Source: Cyanobacteria bacterium auto_48_18 (GTDB lineage Bacteria > Cyanobacteriota > Vampirovibrionia > Obscuribacterales > Obscuribacteraceae). From it: DNA of 64,000 nt. Shown here in pieces: positions 1 to 10,120 of the stretch; position 1 is the first letter of the stretch; each line of letters starts with the position of its first letter. Location of the stretch: the NCBI GenBank assembly GCA_036170915.1, contig JAVHQC010000011.1, forward strand, positions 32,001 through 96,000, written 5' to 3'. The position numbers and the translations under genes are program-made. The notes beneath the pieces were generated by a model. It was not told where the DNA came from and made no database searches. It was given only the letters and a program-made list of their open reading frames with translations.

Positions 1-1
1 G

Positions 2-367
2 TGCAATGCCGGTCGAATTTTGCATCATTTTTTGCGGCAGCTTAACAGCCCTGAGACTCTTGTAATTATTGTCGGCTATCAGGCCAAAGGATCAATTGGT
101 AGAGATTTAATTGCCGGAGTAAGCCAGGTGAAAATTCTTGGTGAGACTGTTCGTGTTCGCGCCACTGTCGCGGGCATAGACGGTTTTAGTGCCCATGCTG
201 ACCAGAAAGATTTGCTACGCTGGCTGCATCCTTGCGCTATGGGACGTCCGCGAGTAGTGCTCACTCACGGCGAGAGTCACTCAATTGACCAGCTTGCCTA
301 TCAAATTGATGAGGCGTTCAAGATTAAGTGCGAAAAACCTAAGCAAGGCGCAAAAATTCAATTTTGA
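2..367 (+). CDS. MBL-fold beta-CASP ribonuclease, C-terminal part (5' truncated by the window)
   Basis: Frame is open from base 2: CNAGRILHH, VGYQAKGS, FSAHAD and THGE motifs of the beta-CASP/RMMBL domain. Confidence 0.9.
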   Translation, partial: CNAGRILHHFLRQLNSPETLVIIVGYQAKGSIGRDLIAGVSQVKILGETVRVRATVAGIDGFSAHADQKDLLRWLHPCAMGRPRVVLTHGESHSIDQLAYQIDEAFKIKCEKPKQGAKIQF

Positions 368-386
368 AAGCGAACAAGTGAGATAA

Positions 387-3146
387 GTGGTGCCAGAAGA
401 AGCAAGTTTGATCAACGATACGCAGCCTGCCGTTTGTAGCAGCGAGAGTGAGCTTAGCGATCAGCCAGTGGCCTTGCTTCTCAAAGATCTCGGCACTGAT
501 AGAGTCTTGGGTTTACCTGCCGAAGTGGCAGCTCACAGGCTTGCCACCGATGGTACCAACGAGTTTGCTAAAGCACATTCGGTTAGTGCCTTCAATGTGC
601 TGCTTGAACAATTCAAATCGAGCGTTGTGATTTTGCTCATAGTTGCCACTGTGATATCACTTCTGATGCATGAATATCTTCAGGCCGCCGGAATTGTTGC
701 CGCCCTGGTAATTAATGCCACCATTGGTTTTCTGACTGAGTATCGAGCCAAAGTGTCTCTTGCGGCGCTGGCTAAAATGGCTGGCGCTGTCATTCGCGTC
801 AGGCGTGCTGGTCGTGAGTCAGAGTTGGCGGTGACCGAACTTGTGCGCGGCGATATCATTTTATTAGAGTCAGGAACTCGAGTACCAGCCGATTTGCGCC
901 TGATTGAAAGCGCTGCATTTTCCATCGATGAGTCAGCGCTTACCGGCGAAAGCGTTGCTGTTTTTAAAGATGCCGATGCCTTCAACACCGATGATAGGCT
1001 CGCTTCACAAGGCACCTGCGTTGTGAGCGGGCGCGCTGTAGGTGTGGTTATTGCTACCGGCGACAGAACCAAAATGGGTAAGCTGGGTGCAATTCTCCAT
1101 GATGTGCAGCTTGCTGAAACGCCCTTGACCAAGGCTCTAGACGCTCTCGGCCGCCAGTTGACCATGCTCGTGATGGTATTGTGTGTGGTTTTTGTTGTGC
1201 TCGGTTTATTGCGGCACACATCTCTTGAACGAATGTTGGAAACCAGCATCGCACTGGCAGTGGCAGCTATTCCTGAAGGTTTGCCAATTATTGCCACCCT
1301 GGCTCTGGCCGCCGGCATTAGAAGAATGATTGTGGCCAAGGCACTGGTCAGACGACTGGCCGCTGTTGAGACTCTGGGTTGCACCACGGTTATCTGTACT
1401 GACAAAACCGGCACACTGACTGAAAACAAAATGCTGGTAACGCACATAATTTTAGATCGTCAGGAATTACGTATTTCAGGACGAGGCTACGAACCCACCG
1501 GCGAACTAACCAGTATTCATGCAGATCTTACGTTGAGCAGTCCTGTAGTACGAGATTTTCTGGCTGCAGTCAGACTTTGCAATGATGCTCGGTTAGAAAA
1601 ACATGATGGGGCGGAAGGCTGGCATATTCACGGTGATCCTACAGAAGGCTCACTAATCACAGTCGCAGTTAAACTTGGTCTTGACGACGAGCAGCTTTGT
1701 GCCGACTTCCCGAGAGTGGCTGAAATTCCGTTTGATTTAAGCCGCAAAAGAATGACTACTATTCACGCCAGGCCTGACACAGGTCATGTGCTTTATCTTA
1801 AAGGGTCTCCTGAAGCTGTGCTTTCAGTCTGTCACCAGTGGCGTAGTGCCGAAGGCAATAAAGAACTAACTGCAGAGACAAGGGAATGGTTTCTCAATGA
1901 AAATGAGAAATTGGCACGGCAGGGGCTGAGAGTTCTAGCTGTAGCCACTAGCGATTTGGAAAAAGTTCCTGATGATCTGGACAGCTCTATTGTCGAAAAA
2001 GAACTGACATTGCTTGGTTTGGTAGGTATGGCTGATCGGCCGAAAGAGAATGTGGCTGAGGCAATTGCCATGTGTCACGATGCTGGTATTCGCCTGGTTA
2101 TGCTTACTGGCGATCAACCTGAGACAGCTAAGGCAATTGCTGTTGAACTAGGCATCACTGATGGTGTGACAGATCAAAAGTCGATTCTTTCGGGCAGTGA
2201 TCTGAACAAGCTAACAGATGAAGAGATAGTACGTGTGCTCGCTCAAGTTACTGTGTTGGCTCGCGTTACACCTGAGATGAAATTAGATATTGTCAAACGC
2301 TTACAAGCAGCAGGCCAGATAGTAGCCATGACCGGTGACGGTGTAAATGACGCACCGGCCTTACGGCAGTCAAACATAGGCATCGCTATGGGGCTTGCCG
2401 GCACAGATATGGCTCGTGAAGCGTCGGACCTTGTTATTACTGATGACAATTTTGCCACTATCGTCAAAGCTATTAAACAGGGAAGAATTATATACGGCAA
2501 TATTCGCCGAGCGGTTGGATATTTGCTTACTGCCAGCCTGACGTCGGTGGTTGCTATTGGTCTTGGTCTTCTTGCCAATACTGGGCTCTTTCTTGAGCCA
2601 TTGCAACTACTCTATCTAAATTTGATCATGCATGTCTTTCCCGGCCTGGGCATCGTGCTGCAAAACGATCCGGCTGACGTGATGAAACGCCCGCCACGAA
2701 AACAAAATCAAAACTTACTGGGCCGGTACGAACAATTTCAAATTCTTACTCGCAGTGCGCTAATTGGCATTATCACCCTTATAACCGTGGCCATAGACCA
2801 AATCTATTTCAATGCTGCCAATTGCGCCACTGTGGCCCTGTCAACCTTGTCGCTGGCTTTGATATTGCAATCATGGTCGTGGTTGAAAGCCGGAAGCATA
2901 AGCATTGAGCGCGGCCACCAGAGCCGGTTTAATGCTCCTATGGTGGGAAGCACCGTTATTAGTCTGGTTCTGGTGGTGGCAGCAATTTATCTGCCGCCAT
3001 TGCAGATAGCTTTAAACACAACCATTCTCAGTCAGGCAGAAATTATTCTTGTCTTGATTTCAGCCTTGTTTACATATGTGCTATCTATGCCCCTTTCGGG
3101 GCGGCTGACCAAGCCATTGACTGAAATGCTGAAAAGCGACCGTTAA
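387..3146 (+). CDS. Cation-transporting P-type ATPase (P2A, Ca2+-type; PacL/CtpF-like)
   Basis: TGES, PEGLP, DKTGTLT, KGSPE, TGDGVNDAPAL motifs; multiple TM segments. Confidence 0.95.
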   Translation: MVPEEASLINDTQPAVCSSESELSDQPVALLLKDLGTDRVLGLPAEVAAHRLATDGTNEFAKAHSVSAFNVLLEQFKSSVVILLIVATVISLLMHEYLQAAGIVAALVINATIGFLTEYRAKVSLAALAKMAGAVIRVRRAGRESELAVTELVRGDIILLESGTRVPADLRLIESAAFSIDESALTGESVAVFKDADAFNTDDRLASQGTCVVSGRAVGVVIATGDRTKMGKLGAILHDVQLAETPLTKALDALGRQLTMLVMVLCVVFVVLGLLRHTSLERMLETSIALAVAAIPEGLPIIATLALAAGIRRMIVAKALVRRLAAVETLGCTTVICTDKTGTLTENKMLVTHIILDRQELRISGRGYEPTGELTSIHADLTLSSPVVRDFLAAVRLCNDARLEKHDGAEGWHIHGDPTEGSLITVAVKLGLDDEQLCADFPRVAEIPFDLSRKRMTTIHARPDTGHVLYLKGSPEAVLSVCHQWRSAEGNKELTAETREWFLNENEKLARQGLRVLAVATSDLEKVPDDLDSSIVEKELTLLGLVGMADRPKENVAEAIAMCHDAGIRLVMLTGDQPETAKAIAVELGITDGVTDQKSILSGSDLNKLTDEEIVRVLAQVTVLARVTPEMKLDIVKRLQAAGQIVAMTGDGVNDAPALRQSNIGIAMGLAGTDMAREASDLVITDDNFATIVKAIKQGRIIYGNIRRAVGYLLTASLTSVVAIGLGLLANTGLFLEPLQLLYLNLIMHVFPGLGIVLQNDPADVMKRPPRKQNQNLLGRYEQFQILTRSALIGIITLITVAIDQIYFNAANCATVALSTLSLALILQSWSWLKAGSISIERGHQSRFNAPMVGSTVISLVLVVAAIYLPPLQIALNTTILSQAEIILVLISALFTYVLSMPLSGRLTKPLTEMLKSDR

Positions 3147-3168
3147 AGAGAAGACTACGGCTCTTTAA
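3143..3168. terminator. Possible bidirectional hairpin between convergent genes
   Basis: Perfect 8-bp IR TTAAAGAG...CTCTTTAA with a 10-nt loop, covering both stop codons; AT-rich and weak. Confidence 0.25.
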
Positions 3169-4505
3169 GACAAAAGTCTTCCATGAAGTTCAAAACATTG
3201 TTTCTCGAGAGAAGCACGGAAATTCGGGTGAGCAATTTCAACTAGAGCACGCATTCGCTGGGTCAAAGATCTGCCGTGAAGCTGTGCGATACCATATTCA
3301 GTGACAACATAGTGTACATCCGCCCTGGTTGTCACTACGCCGCTACCTGGTGCCAGGCAGGCAACAATGCGCGATACGGTGTCAGCTTTGGCTGTTGACG
3401 GTAAGGCGATAATTGCTTTGCCGTCTTTTGACCTTGACGCCCCTCTGATAAAGTCGAGTTGTCCACCAAAGCCGCTGTACAAATAAGATCCAATTGAATC
3501 TGATGAAACCTGGCCAGTGAGATCTACGGCCAGTGCTGAGTTAATTGACGTCATGCGGTAGTTTTGCGAAATTATAAATGGATCGTTGATGAAATCTACA
3601 GTTTGAAATTCTACTGCTGGGTTGTTATCAACAAACTGATAAAGTCTTTGCGTACCCATAATGAAGCTCACCGCAACTTTTCCGGGAAGTACGGTTTTTG
3701 CATCATTTGTCACTACACCAAGTTCCATTAAATCTACTATGCCATCAGACAGCATCTCGCTGTGAACACCCAGATCTTTTTTGGCTGTTAAATGTCCCAG
3801 CACTGCATTTGGTATCGCACCAATACCCAGTTGTATTGTTGCTTGATCGTCAACCAGCGAAGCTACATTTTTGCCAATGGCCTGATCAATCACACCGATA
3901 TTATCAGGAGCCAGCTCTGGTAATGGCCTGTCTGTTTCAACTATATAATCAAGCCTGCTCACATGCACAAAGGATCGACCAAGTGTGCGGGGCATTTGTT
4001 TGTTTACTTCAGCAATGACAATGCGTGCGGCTTTGCGGGCAGCGATTGTACAGTCGACAGATACACCATAGCTGCAATAACCATGGGCATCTGGTGGCGA
4101 TACTTGAATTAAGCAGACGTCGAGCGGCATTTGTTTGCTCTCGAATAACCTGGGTATTTCGCTCAAAAAAATTGGCGTATAGTCAGCCCGTCCCTCATTT
4201 ATAGCTTGCCGAACGTTAGCGCCGATAAACAGCGCGTGTACTTTAAAAGAGCCTTCATATTGCTTGTTTGCATATGCAGCTTTTCCCATGGTCATTATGT
4301 GCACGATTTGAACGTTTTGCAATTGGTTGGCCCGACCCACCATGGCGTCAATCAAGGGCTCAGGGGCAGCAGCATGAGAATGAATGTAAACTGAATCTCC
4401 TGACTTGATGGCCAATACTGCTTCTTCAGCAGAGACGAGTTTTTTATCGTAAGCTGCTTGCCATTCATTTTTTGGTGGAGTGGTTTCAGTTTGAGTTTGA
4501 GTCAT
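3165..4505 (-). CDS. Acetyl-CoA hydrolase/transferase family (4-hydroxybutyrate CoA-transferase-like)
   Basis: QLGIGAIP, HSEM catalytic Glu, GFGGQLDF and VVTEYG motifs. Confidence 0.92.
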   Translation of the reverse strand: MTQTQTETTPPKNEWQAAYDKKLVSAEEAVLAIKSGDSVYIHSHAAAPEPLIDAMVGRANQLQNVQIVHIMTMGKAAYANKQYEGSFKVHALFIGANVRQAINEGRADYTPIFLSEIPRLFESKQMPLDVCLIQVSPPDAHGYCSYGVSVDCTIAARKAARIVIAEVNKQMPRTLGRSFVHVSRLDYIVETDRPLPELAPDNIGVIDQAIGKNVASLVDDQATIQLGIGAIPNAVLGHLTAKKDLGVHSEMLSDGIVDLMELGVVTNDAKTVLPGKVAVSFIMGTQRLYQFVDNNPAVEFQTVDFINDPFIISQNYRMTSINSALAVDLTGQVSSDSIGSYLYSGFGGQLDFIRGASRSKDGKAIIALPSTAKADTVSRIVACLAPGSGVVTTRADVHYVVTEYGIAQLHGRSLTQRMRALVEIAHPNFRASLEKQCFELHGRLLS

Positions 4506-4520
4506 TCTAGTTTCGTCCTT

Positions 4521-5018
4521 TCATGCTTGCTCACAGAGGGCGTGCTTGTTGATTTGGTCGATGATCTGGGCAGCTACTTCAGGCACCAGGTCAGCCACCA
4601 CATCACTTAAGTTTTCGAATAAACCAAAGTGACAACTACCAATGGCATAGAGCCAGGCTGGCGGATTGTGATTATACAAAGTCTGACTTAACTGCATTAG
4701 TGTCAGCGGGTTACAGCGATGACTGAGAAATATTGAACTGCCACATTCTAACTCTGAGCTGATGGATTTTTGCAAATCAATCTTTTTGGGTAGACCATCA
4801 GTGAGAGCAGCGCTAGCATCGATGAAAATCACAGCGTCGGCAATGTTAATATCTTCTAGCAGCTCAGGGGCGAGAATTCTGGTAGCAATCACTTTGATGG
4901 TAATTTGCATTGCCAGGTCATAGGCTGCTCGCTTTTTGATTTGCTCGGCTACAGCAATACCAAAACCGTCATCACCTGCCAGATCATTACCAAAACCAAT
5001 TACAAGCCAGTGCATCAA
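4521..5018 (-). CDS. hoxW: Hydrogenase maturation endopeptidase
   Basis: GFGNDLAGDDGFG, IDA and SH motifs; directly downstream of hoxH. Confidence 0.88.
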   Translation of the reverse strand: MMHWLVIGFGNDLAGDDGFGIAVAEQIKKRAAYDLAMQITIKVIATRILAPELLEDINIADAVIFIDASAALTDGLPKKIDLQKSISSELECGSSIFLSHRCNPLTLMQLSQTLYNHNPPAWLYAIGSCHFGLFENLSDVVADLVPEVAAQIIDQINKHALCEQA

Positions 5019-5033
5019 GAGTCCTATTTTAGC

Positions 5034-6443
5034 TTAGCGTTTAACCCTGTCTAAAACAGTACCACCCACATCAATTAGTTGTACGTCTAGAGCCATTTGT
5101 CCCACGGCATGTGTGGAGCAACTGAGGCAGGGGTCAAAAGTACGAATCACAGCTTCAATGCGATTTAAAATGCCTTCTGTCAGTTTGTCGTTTTTGATGT
5201 AATGCTTAGCAGCCTGAGTAATGCCTTTATTCATGGCTAAGCTGTTGTGTCCTGTGGCTATAATCAAGTCAGCATAGGTAATCAAGCCGTTATCGTCAAT
5301 TTTGTAATGGTGCATGAGCGTGCCACGCGGTGCTTCAGAAATACCAAAACCCTCGTGAGCATTGGCGGCGGCATGAGCGCGCACATGACTGTCTAAAATC
5401 ACGTCGTCGCTCAGCAACTGTTCAATCATTTCAAAGGCGTAGAGAATTTCAATCAGTCTTGCCAGGTGATAATGAAAAGCACTTTTGTGATCGAGTTTTT
5501 TAAATTCAGTCAGTGCTTGATCTGCTCTGGGAGTGCCACAAGTTTTGGCGAGGTGCAGCCGCGCCAGGGGCCCAACTCTATAGAGACCAGCGGGATAACC
5601 CTGCGGTTTATAATAAGGAGATTTCAAATAGCTGTGTGGATTAATGGCCTCAGCGACGATGGTTTTATAATCTTCGGCTGGTAAATCTGCCACCACTGTT
5701 CCTTGATCGTCAGCCAAGCGCAAGCGTCCATCATAGGTTTCAAGCTCATCGTGACTTCCTATCAGACCCATAAACAAGCCCGGAAAATTGGCAAAAACTG
5801 CTATTTCTTCACTAAACTTTTCTAGTGCGACGCTAAACCATTTGATTGTTTGTTCGGCTATTTGAATGGCTTCCGGCAATTTTTTCAAAATGTAATCACG
5901 ATGTTCAGCGCTTAATGCGTGACTGACTCCCCCAGGTACTACCCAACCCGGGTGTATCTTTTTGCCGCCTAGAATTTCGATGATTTCCTGCCCCAGCGCA
6001 CGCAACTGCACTCCACTTCGAGCCAGCTCAGGATTTTCCCTGGCCACTCCAACGATATTGCGTTTGGCTGGGTCCGAATCCATGCCTAAAAGCAGATCTG
6101 GCGAAGAGAGATAGAAAAAACTGAGAGCGTGTGACTGCGCTATTTGAGCCAGATTTATAATTCGTCTTAATTTGACGGCAGTAGGGGGGATGCGTACCGA
6201 CATCAACATGTCGCAAGCTTTGGCTGAGGCAACTAGATGGCTGACGGGGCAAATGCCGCAAATTCTGGCCATTAATGAAGGCATTTCATGAAAGGGTCTG
6301 CCCTCAGCAAATTTTTCAAAACCACGCAACTGCGTGACGTGAAAAAGCGCTTCCTCCACTTCGCCTTGATCATCAAGGTGAATGGTTATTTTTGAGTGTC
6401 CTTCGATTCTGGTGACCGGATCAATAGTAATTATCTTGCTCAT
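5034..6443 (-). CDS. hoxH: Bidirectional NiFe hydrogenase large subunit (group 3d)
   Basis: TRIEGH, RICGIC (L1) and DPCLSCSTH (L2) followed by a cleavable C-terminal tail. Confidence 0.95.
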   Translation of the reverse strand: MSKIITIDPVTRIEGHSKITIHLDDQGEVEEALFHVTQLRGFEKFAEGRPFHEMPSLMARICGICPVSHLVASAKACDMLMSVRIPPTAVKLRRIINLAQIAQSHALSFFYLSSPDLLLGMDSDPAKRNIVGVARENPELARSGVQLRALGQEIIEILGGKKIHPGWVVPGGVSHALSAEHRDYILKKLPEAIQIAEQTIKWFSVALEKFSEEIAVFANFPGLFMGLIGSHDELETYDGRLRLADDQGTVVADLPAEDYKTIVAEAINPHSYLKSPYYKPQGYPAGLYRVGPLARLHLAKTCGTPRADQALTEFKKLDHKSAFHYHLARLIEILYAFEMIEQLLSDDVILDSHVRAHAAANAHEGFGISEAPRGTLMHHYKIDDNGLITYADLIIATGHNSLAMNKGITQAAKHYIKNDKLTEGILNRIEAVIRTFDPCLSCSTHAVGQMALDVQLIDVGGTVLDRVKR

Positions 6444-6467
6444 GCAGACTTCCTAAAATATGCTTGC

Positions 6468-7007
6468 TTAGAGGCCAAAACGAGTGATACCGTGCAGATC
6501 TGGTGTTCTTCCCGCCAAAAGCTCTGTTAGTACCGTGTGAATAGTATCGGCTGAAGGTGGGCAACCAGGTACGTAGACGTCGACTTTAACAACGGTGTGA
6601 ACCGGCCGCGCGTGAGCGCAAAGCAAAGGCACCGTATCTGGTTGCTTGGGTAAGCCGCCGTTGCTTACTCTTTCAAGGATGGCATTTACTCCCAGTGGAT
6701 TGCGCAAAGACGGTACATTAGCGGTTACTGCACAATCACCCAGTGAGACTAAAATTTTGGTATGCTGGCGTACCATCAGTATTTTTTCAAGGTCACTTTC
6801 GCTGCTGACTGCCCCTTCCACAAGGGTAATATCAACATTGTCGGGAAAGTCTTTTCGATCAACTAATGGGCTATAAACAAGATCCACTTTTTCAAGCAGA
6901 GTGAGCAGGCGATGATCCATATCGAGCAATGACATGTGGCAGCCCGAGCAGCCATCTAACCATACCGTGGCCAGAGTTGGCAAAGCTTCGACTTCAGTTC
7001 TGCTCAT
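6468..7007 (-). CDS. hoxY: Bidirectional hydrogenase small subunit
   Basis: WLDGCSGCHMS, GDCA and PGCPP motifs. Confidence 0.95.
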   Translation of the reverse strand: MSRTEVEALPTLATVWLDGCSGCHMSLLDMDHRLLTLLEKVDLVYSPLVDRKDFPDNVDITLVEGAVSSESDLEKILMVRQHTKILVSLGDCAVTANVPSLRNPLGVNAILERVSNGGLPKQPDTVPLLCAHARPVHTVVKVDVYVPGCPPSADTIHTVLTELLAGRTPDLHGITRFGL

Positions 7008-7711
7008 GATTTTTCCGCTTTCATGTCGGCCAGATAGACGAGGAATTTTGGATCTTTAACCATTTCTCCGGCTGCCTTACCTTTTTCGAACAAGGCGCCA
7101 GTGGGACACGCCTCTACACATTTGCCGCAACTGGTGCAACTGGTAGATTCACCCCAGGGCTGATTCAAATCAGAAATTAATTGTGATTGAATACCGCGAC
7201 CGGCGACATCCCAGGTATGGGCTCCTTCTACTTGATCACAAACACGAACGCAGCGTGTACAGAGAATGCAGCGGTTGGCATCGAAGATAAACAGATCGTG
7301 AGAAGCATCCACGGCTCTGGCCGGGTAACGATATGGTAGGGAGATATGGTCAATTTTTAAATCAGAAGACATGTCTTGCAATTCGCAATTATTATTTGAA
7401 ACACAAACTGAGCAGATATGATTGCCTTCAGTGAAAAGCATTTCGACGATTGTCTTACGGTAGCCACTCAAGCGTTCTGATTCTGTGTTGACCACCATGC
7501 CTTCGCTTACTTTAGTGACGCAGGCAGCCGAAAGTTTTGCACTGCCTTCGATTTCTACCAGACACAGACGGCAGCCGCCCCATTCTGATATGCCATCAAG
7601 TTGGCAAAGTGTAGGAATTTCTATGCCGTGTTCCCGGGCCACGTGCAAAATGTCTTCGTCTTCGCGGCCGCTCATTTCTTGGCCGTTTATTTTTAAGGTG
7701 ACAACGCGCAT
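7004..7711 (-). CDS. hoxU: Bidirectional hydrogenase diaphorase Fe-S subunit
   Basis: IPTLC, CRLC, HICSVC and two CxxCxxC ferredoxin motifs; start moved to 7711 because AGGAGG lies just upstream. Confidence 0.93.
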   Translation of the reverse strand: MRVVTLKINGQEMSGREDEDILHVAREHGIEIPTLCQLDGISEWGGCRLCLVEIEGSAKLSAACVTKVSEGMVVNTESERLSGYRKTIVEMLFTEGNHICSVCVSNNNCELQDMSSDLKIDHISLPYRYPARAVDASHDLFIFDANRCILCTRCVRVCDQVEGAHTWDVAGRGIQSQLISDLNQPWGESTSCTSCGKCVEACPTGALFEKGKAAGEMVKDPKFLVYLADMKAEKS

Positions 7712-9390
7712 GTGGGCCTCCTGATGTCTTGGCCAATGGGGGCGCAAACTCCTGCAGGGCAGGTATGTCCAACTATGTGAGCCAGATATTCACTTTTGAA
7801 AAAGCGTAAAGTACTGAGCACCGGATTCGGTGCGCCCTGACCCAAGCCACAAAGGCTTGTAAATTTGACCACATCGCAAAGAGATTCGAGTTGTCCCAAT
7901 TCTTCCATGGTGCCTTCGCCTTTAGTGATGCGGTCGAGCATGTCGTGCATATGGGCTGTGCCAACCCGGCAAGGAACGCATTTGCCGCAAGACTCGGCAG
8001 CGCAAAATTGCATGAAAAACTTAGCTACATCTACCATGCAAGAGCTATCGTCCATAACAATCATGCCCCCGGAGCCCATAAAAGAGCCCAGCTCCATTAA
8101 CGTTTCGTAGTCGATGGTGGCGTCTAGATGTTCTTCCGGAATGCAGCCGCCAGCAGGCCCACCCGTTTGCACCGCCTTAAATTTGTGACCGTCAGGCACA
8201 CCACCACCAATATCAAATATCATCTGGCGCAGTGATGTTCCTAATGGCACCTCCACCAGGCCGGTATTCATGATTCGGCCGCTCAGGGCAAATGTTTTGG
8301 TGCCTTTGCTGCGCGGGGTGCCGATGGTGGCATACCACTCTGCCCCATTAGTGATAATCGGCACTACATTGGCGAATGTTTCAACGTTGTTGATTAGCGT
8401 GGGCATGCCCCACAACCCAGATTCGGCTGGATAAGGAGGCCTTGGGCAAGGTAAACCTTTGCCACCTTCTATAGATGAAATCAAGGCCGTTTCTTCACCG
8501 CAAACAAATGCACCGGCACCTAGTCTAATTTCTACGTGAAAATCTAATGACATAGAGCCGATTTTGTTGCCCAGTAGGCCGTGTTTTTCAGCGCTGCGAA
8601 TGGCCTTTGTCACTCGCTCAACTGCTAGCGGATATTCAGCTCGCACATAGACGTATCCTTTGGTGGCGCCCACTGCATAAGCAGCTATAGCCATGCCTTC
8701 CAAAACGCGAAAAGGATAATCTTCCAGTACGCTGCGATTCATGAAGGCACCAGGGTCACCTTCGTCGGCATTACAAATCACATATTTTTGTTCGGCTCTG
8801 GCCTTGGCCACTGTGCTCCACTTTAGCCCGGTTGGGTAGCCGGCACCACCGCGTCCGCGCAGCCCGCTCTTCTGCAGCTCCTGCACCACATTGTCTGGAG
8901 AAAACTCAGCCAGAGCTTTAAGCAAAGCGCGAAAACCGCCGGCGGCAATGTAATCTTCGATGCTTTCTGGATTAAGCAAGCCGCGGTGATTGGTAACCAC
9001 ACGATTTTGCTTGACGAAAAAATCGCTTTTGTTATCGCACAATAAACGACTGACTGGTGCACCGGCGAGTGCATCAACAATTTCTTTGGCATCAGCAGGT
9101 TGAACTGTCTGATAGAGCAAATCTTGCTCTGGCACCGAAACTAGAGGAGCGCTGGCGCAATTGCCCTGGCATCCACCAGGTGATACCAGACATTCATTGT
9201 CGCGCCCTTTGTCTTTAATTTCTGCTTGCAAAGCAGCAAGTACCGCGCCGCTTTGCACTGATTGGCAGGCAGTGCCCATGCAAACAAAAACGCGGTGTTG
9301 GTATTGAGCCTGCCAGGCCTCTTGTTCGGCCGCTACTTTTGCCAGGTCTTCTGCCGACGCAATTTGCTGAGTTATTTTTCGATCTATCAT
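7693..9390 (-). CDS. hoxF: Bidirectional hydrogenase diaphorase flavin subunit (NuoF-like)
   Basis: GRGGAG, NADEGDPG, GEETAL, SCGKCVPC motifs and an N-terminal 2Fe-2S domain; ATG at 9390 overlaps the hoxE stop (ATGA). Confidence 0.93.
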   Translation of the reverse strand: MIDRKITQQIASAEDLAKVAAEQEAWQAQYQHRVFVCMGTACQSVQSGAVLAALQAEIKDKGRDNECLVSPGGCQGNCASAPLVSVPEQDLLYQTVQPADAKEIVDALAGAPVSRLLCDNKSDFFVKQNRVVTNHRGLLNPESIEDYIAAGGFRALLKALAEFSPDNVVQELQKSGLRGRGGAGYPTGLKWSTVAKARAEQKYVICNADEGDPGAFMNRSVLEDYPFRVLEGMAIAAYAVGATKGYVYVRAEYPLAVERVTKAIRSAEKHGLLGNKIGSMSLDFHVEIRLGAGAFVCGEETALISSIEGGKGLPCPRPPYPAESGLWGMPTLINNVETFANVVPIITNGAEWYATIGTPRSKGTKTFALSGRIMNTGLVEVPLGTSLRQMIFDIGGGVPDGHKFKAVQTGGPAGGCIPEEHLDATIDYETLMELGSFMGSGGMIVMDDSSCMVDVAKFFMQFCAAESCGKCVPCRVGTAHMHDMLDRITKGEGTMEELGQLESLCDVVKFTSLCGLGQGAPNPVLSTLRFFKSEYLAHIVGHTCPAGVCAPIGQDIRRPTCALSP

Positions 9391-9935
9391 GATGGCGATT
9401 TCGTCTCGTTCAATTCTAACTCTCTCAACCAACCGTCTACCTGAGCTTCCACCAGCGCCGGTGACAGATTGCCCAACACGCGGCCGTCGAAAATGCCTGC
9501 TGGAGCTATGCCGCACGCTCCGAGGCACCGCGCTTCGAGTAATGAAAACTGATTGTCGCTGGAAGTGCAGCCCACTTTGAGACCGTATTTTTGATCAACC
9601 TTTTGCAACAATTTAGCGCTGCCTTTGATATAACAGGCGGTGCCCATGCAAATAACACAGTTATGTTTACCCTGTGGTTTAAGACGAAAGTGGCTATAGA
9701 AAGTAGCGACTCCGTACACCTTGCTCAGCGGTATGCGCAAGCTATGAGCGACAAAAGCTAAGGCAATATCATCGAGATAGCCGAAAGTGGATTGCACAGA
9801 GTGTAATGTTTCAATCAGCGCGCTTTGAGCTGAACCGTGTTTTCGCATCACTGCTGCGACGATTAACCAGCGTTTGTCATCTGACGGAACTTTGACAGCG
9901 ACAATTTTCCGTGTTGCCCGGGTATTTACCGACAT
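9387..9935 (-). CDS. hoxE: Bidirectional hydrogenase subunit E (NuoE-like 2Fe-2S)
   Basis: GVATFY, CMGTAC and CLGACG motifs; first gene of the hox operon. Confidence 0.92.
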   Translation of the reverse strand: MSVNTRATRKIVAVKVPSDDKRWLIVAAVMRKHGSAQSALIETLHSVQSTFGYLDDIALAFVAHSLRIPLSKVYGVATFYSHFRLKPQGKHNCVICMGTACYIKGSAKLLQKVDQKYGLKVGCTSSDNQFSLLEARCLGACGIAPAGIFDGRVLGNLSPALVEAQVDGWLRELELNETKSPS

Positions 9936-10120
9936 AACTGGATTATTACTCCGGTATCTGGTCTATTAATTTTCAATTTTGAATTTCGACCATGAGTTTA
10001 CTCGAAATTGATTATGAATCTCGAAGTTTAGTCTAGTTCGATTGGAAAAATAAGGTATCAACCGCAAGAGTGATTTGAGTTGTTTTGATTTGATTATTCG
10101 ATGGCGTGAGCAAAATCAAA

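Noticed and set aside
680..1447. 255-aa antisense ORF and similar shadow ORFs (for example 45118-45705, 44442-44828, 60000-60383)
   Set aside because: Overlap well-supported genes and carry no motifs
9391..9528. N-terminal extension of the HoxF ORF in the track
   Set aside because: Lies inside hoxE; the ATGA-coupled start at 9390 is more plausible
9986..10001. TCGACC-ATGA-GTTTAC as an extra regulon box before hoxE
   Set aside because: Only the left half-site matches, so it was not counted
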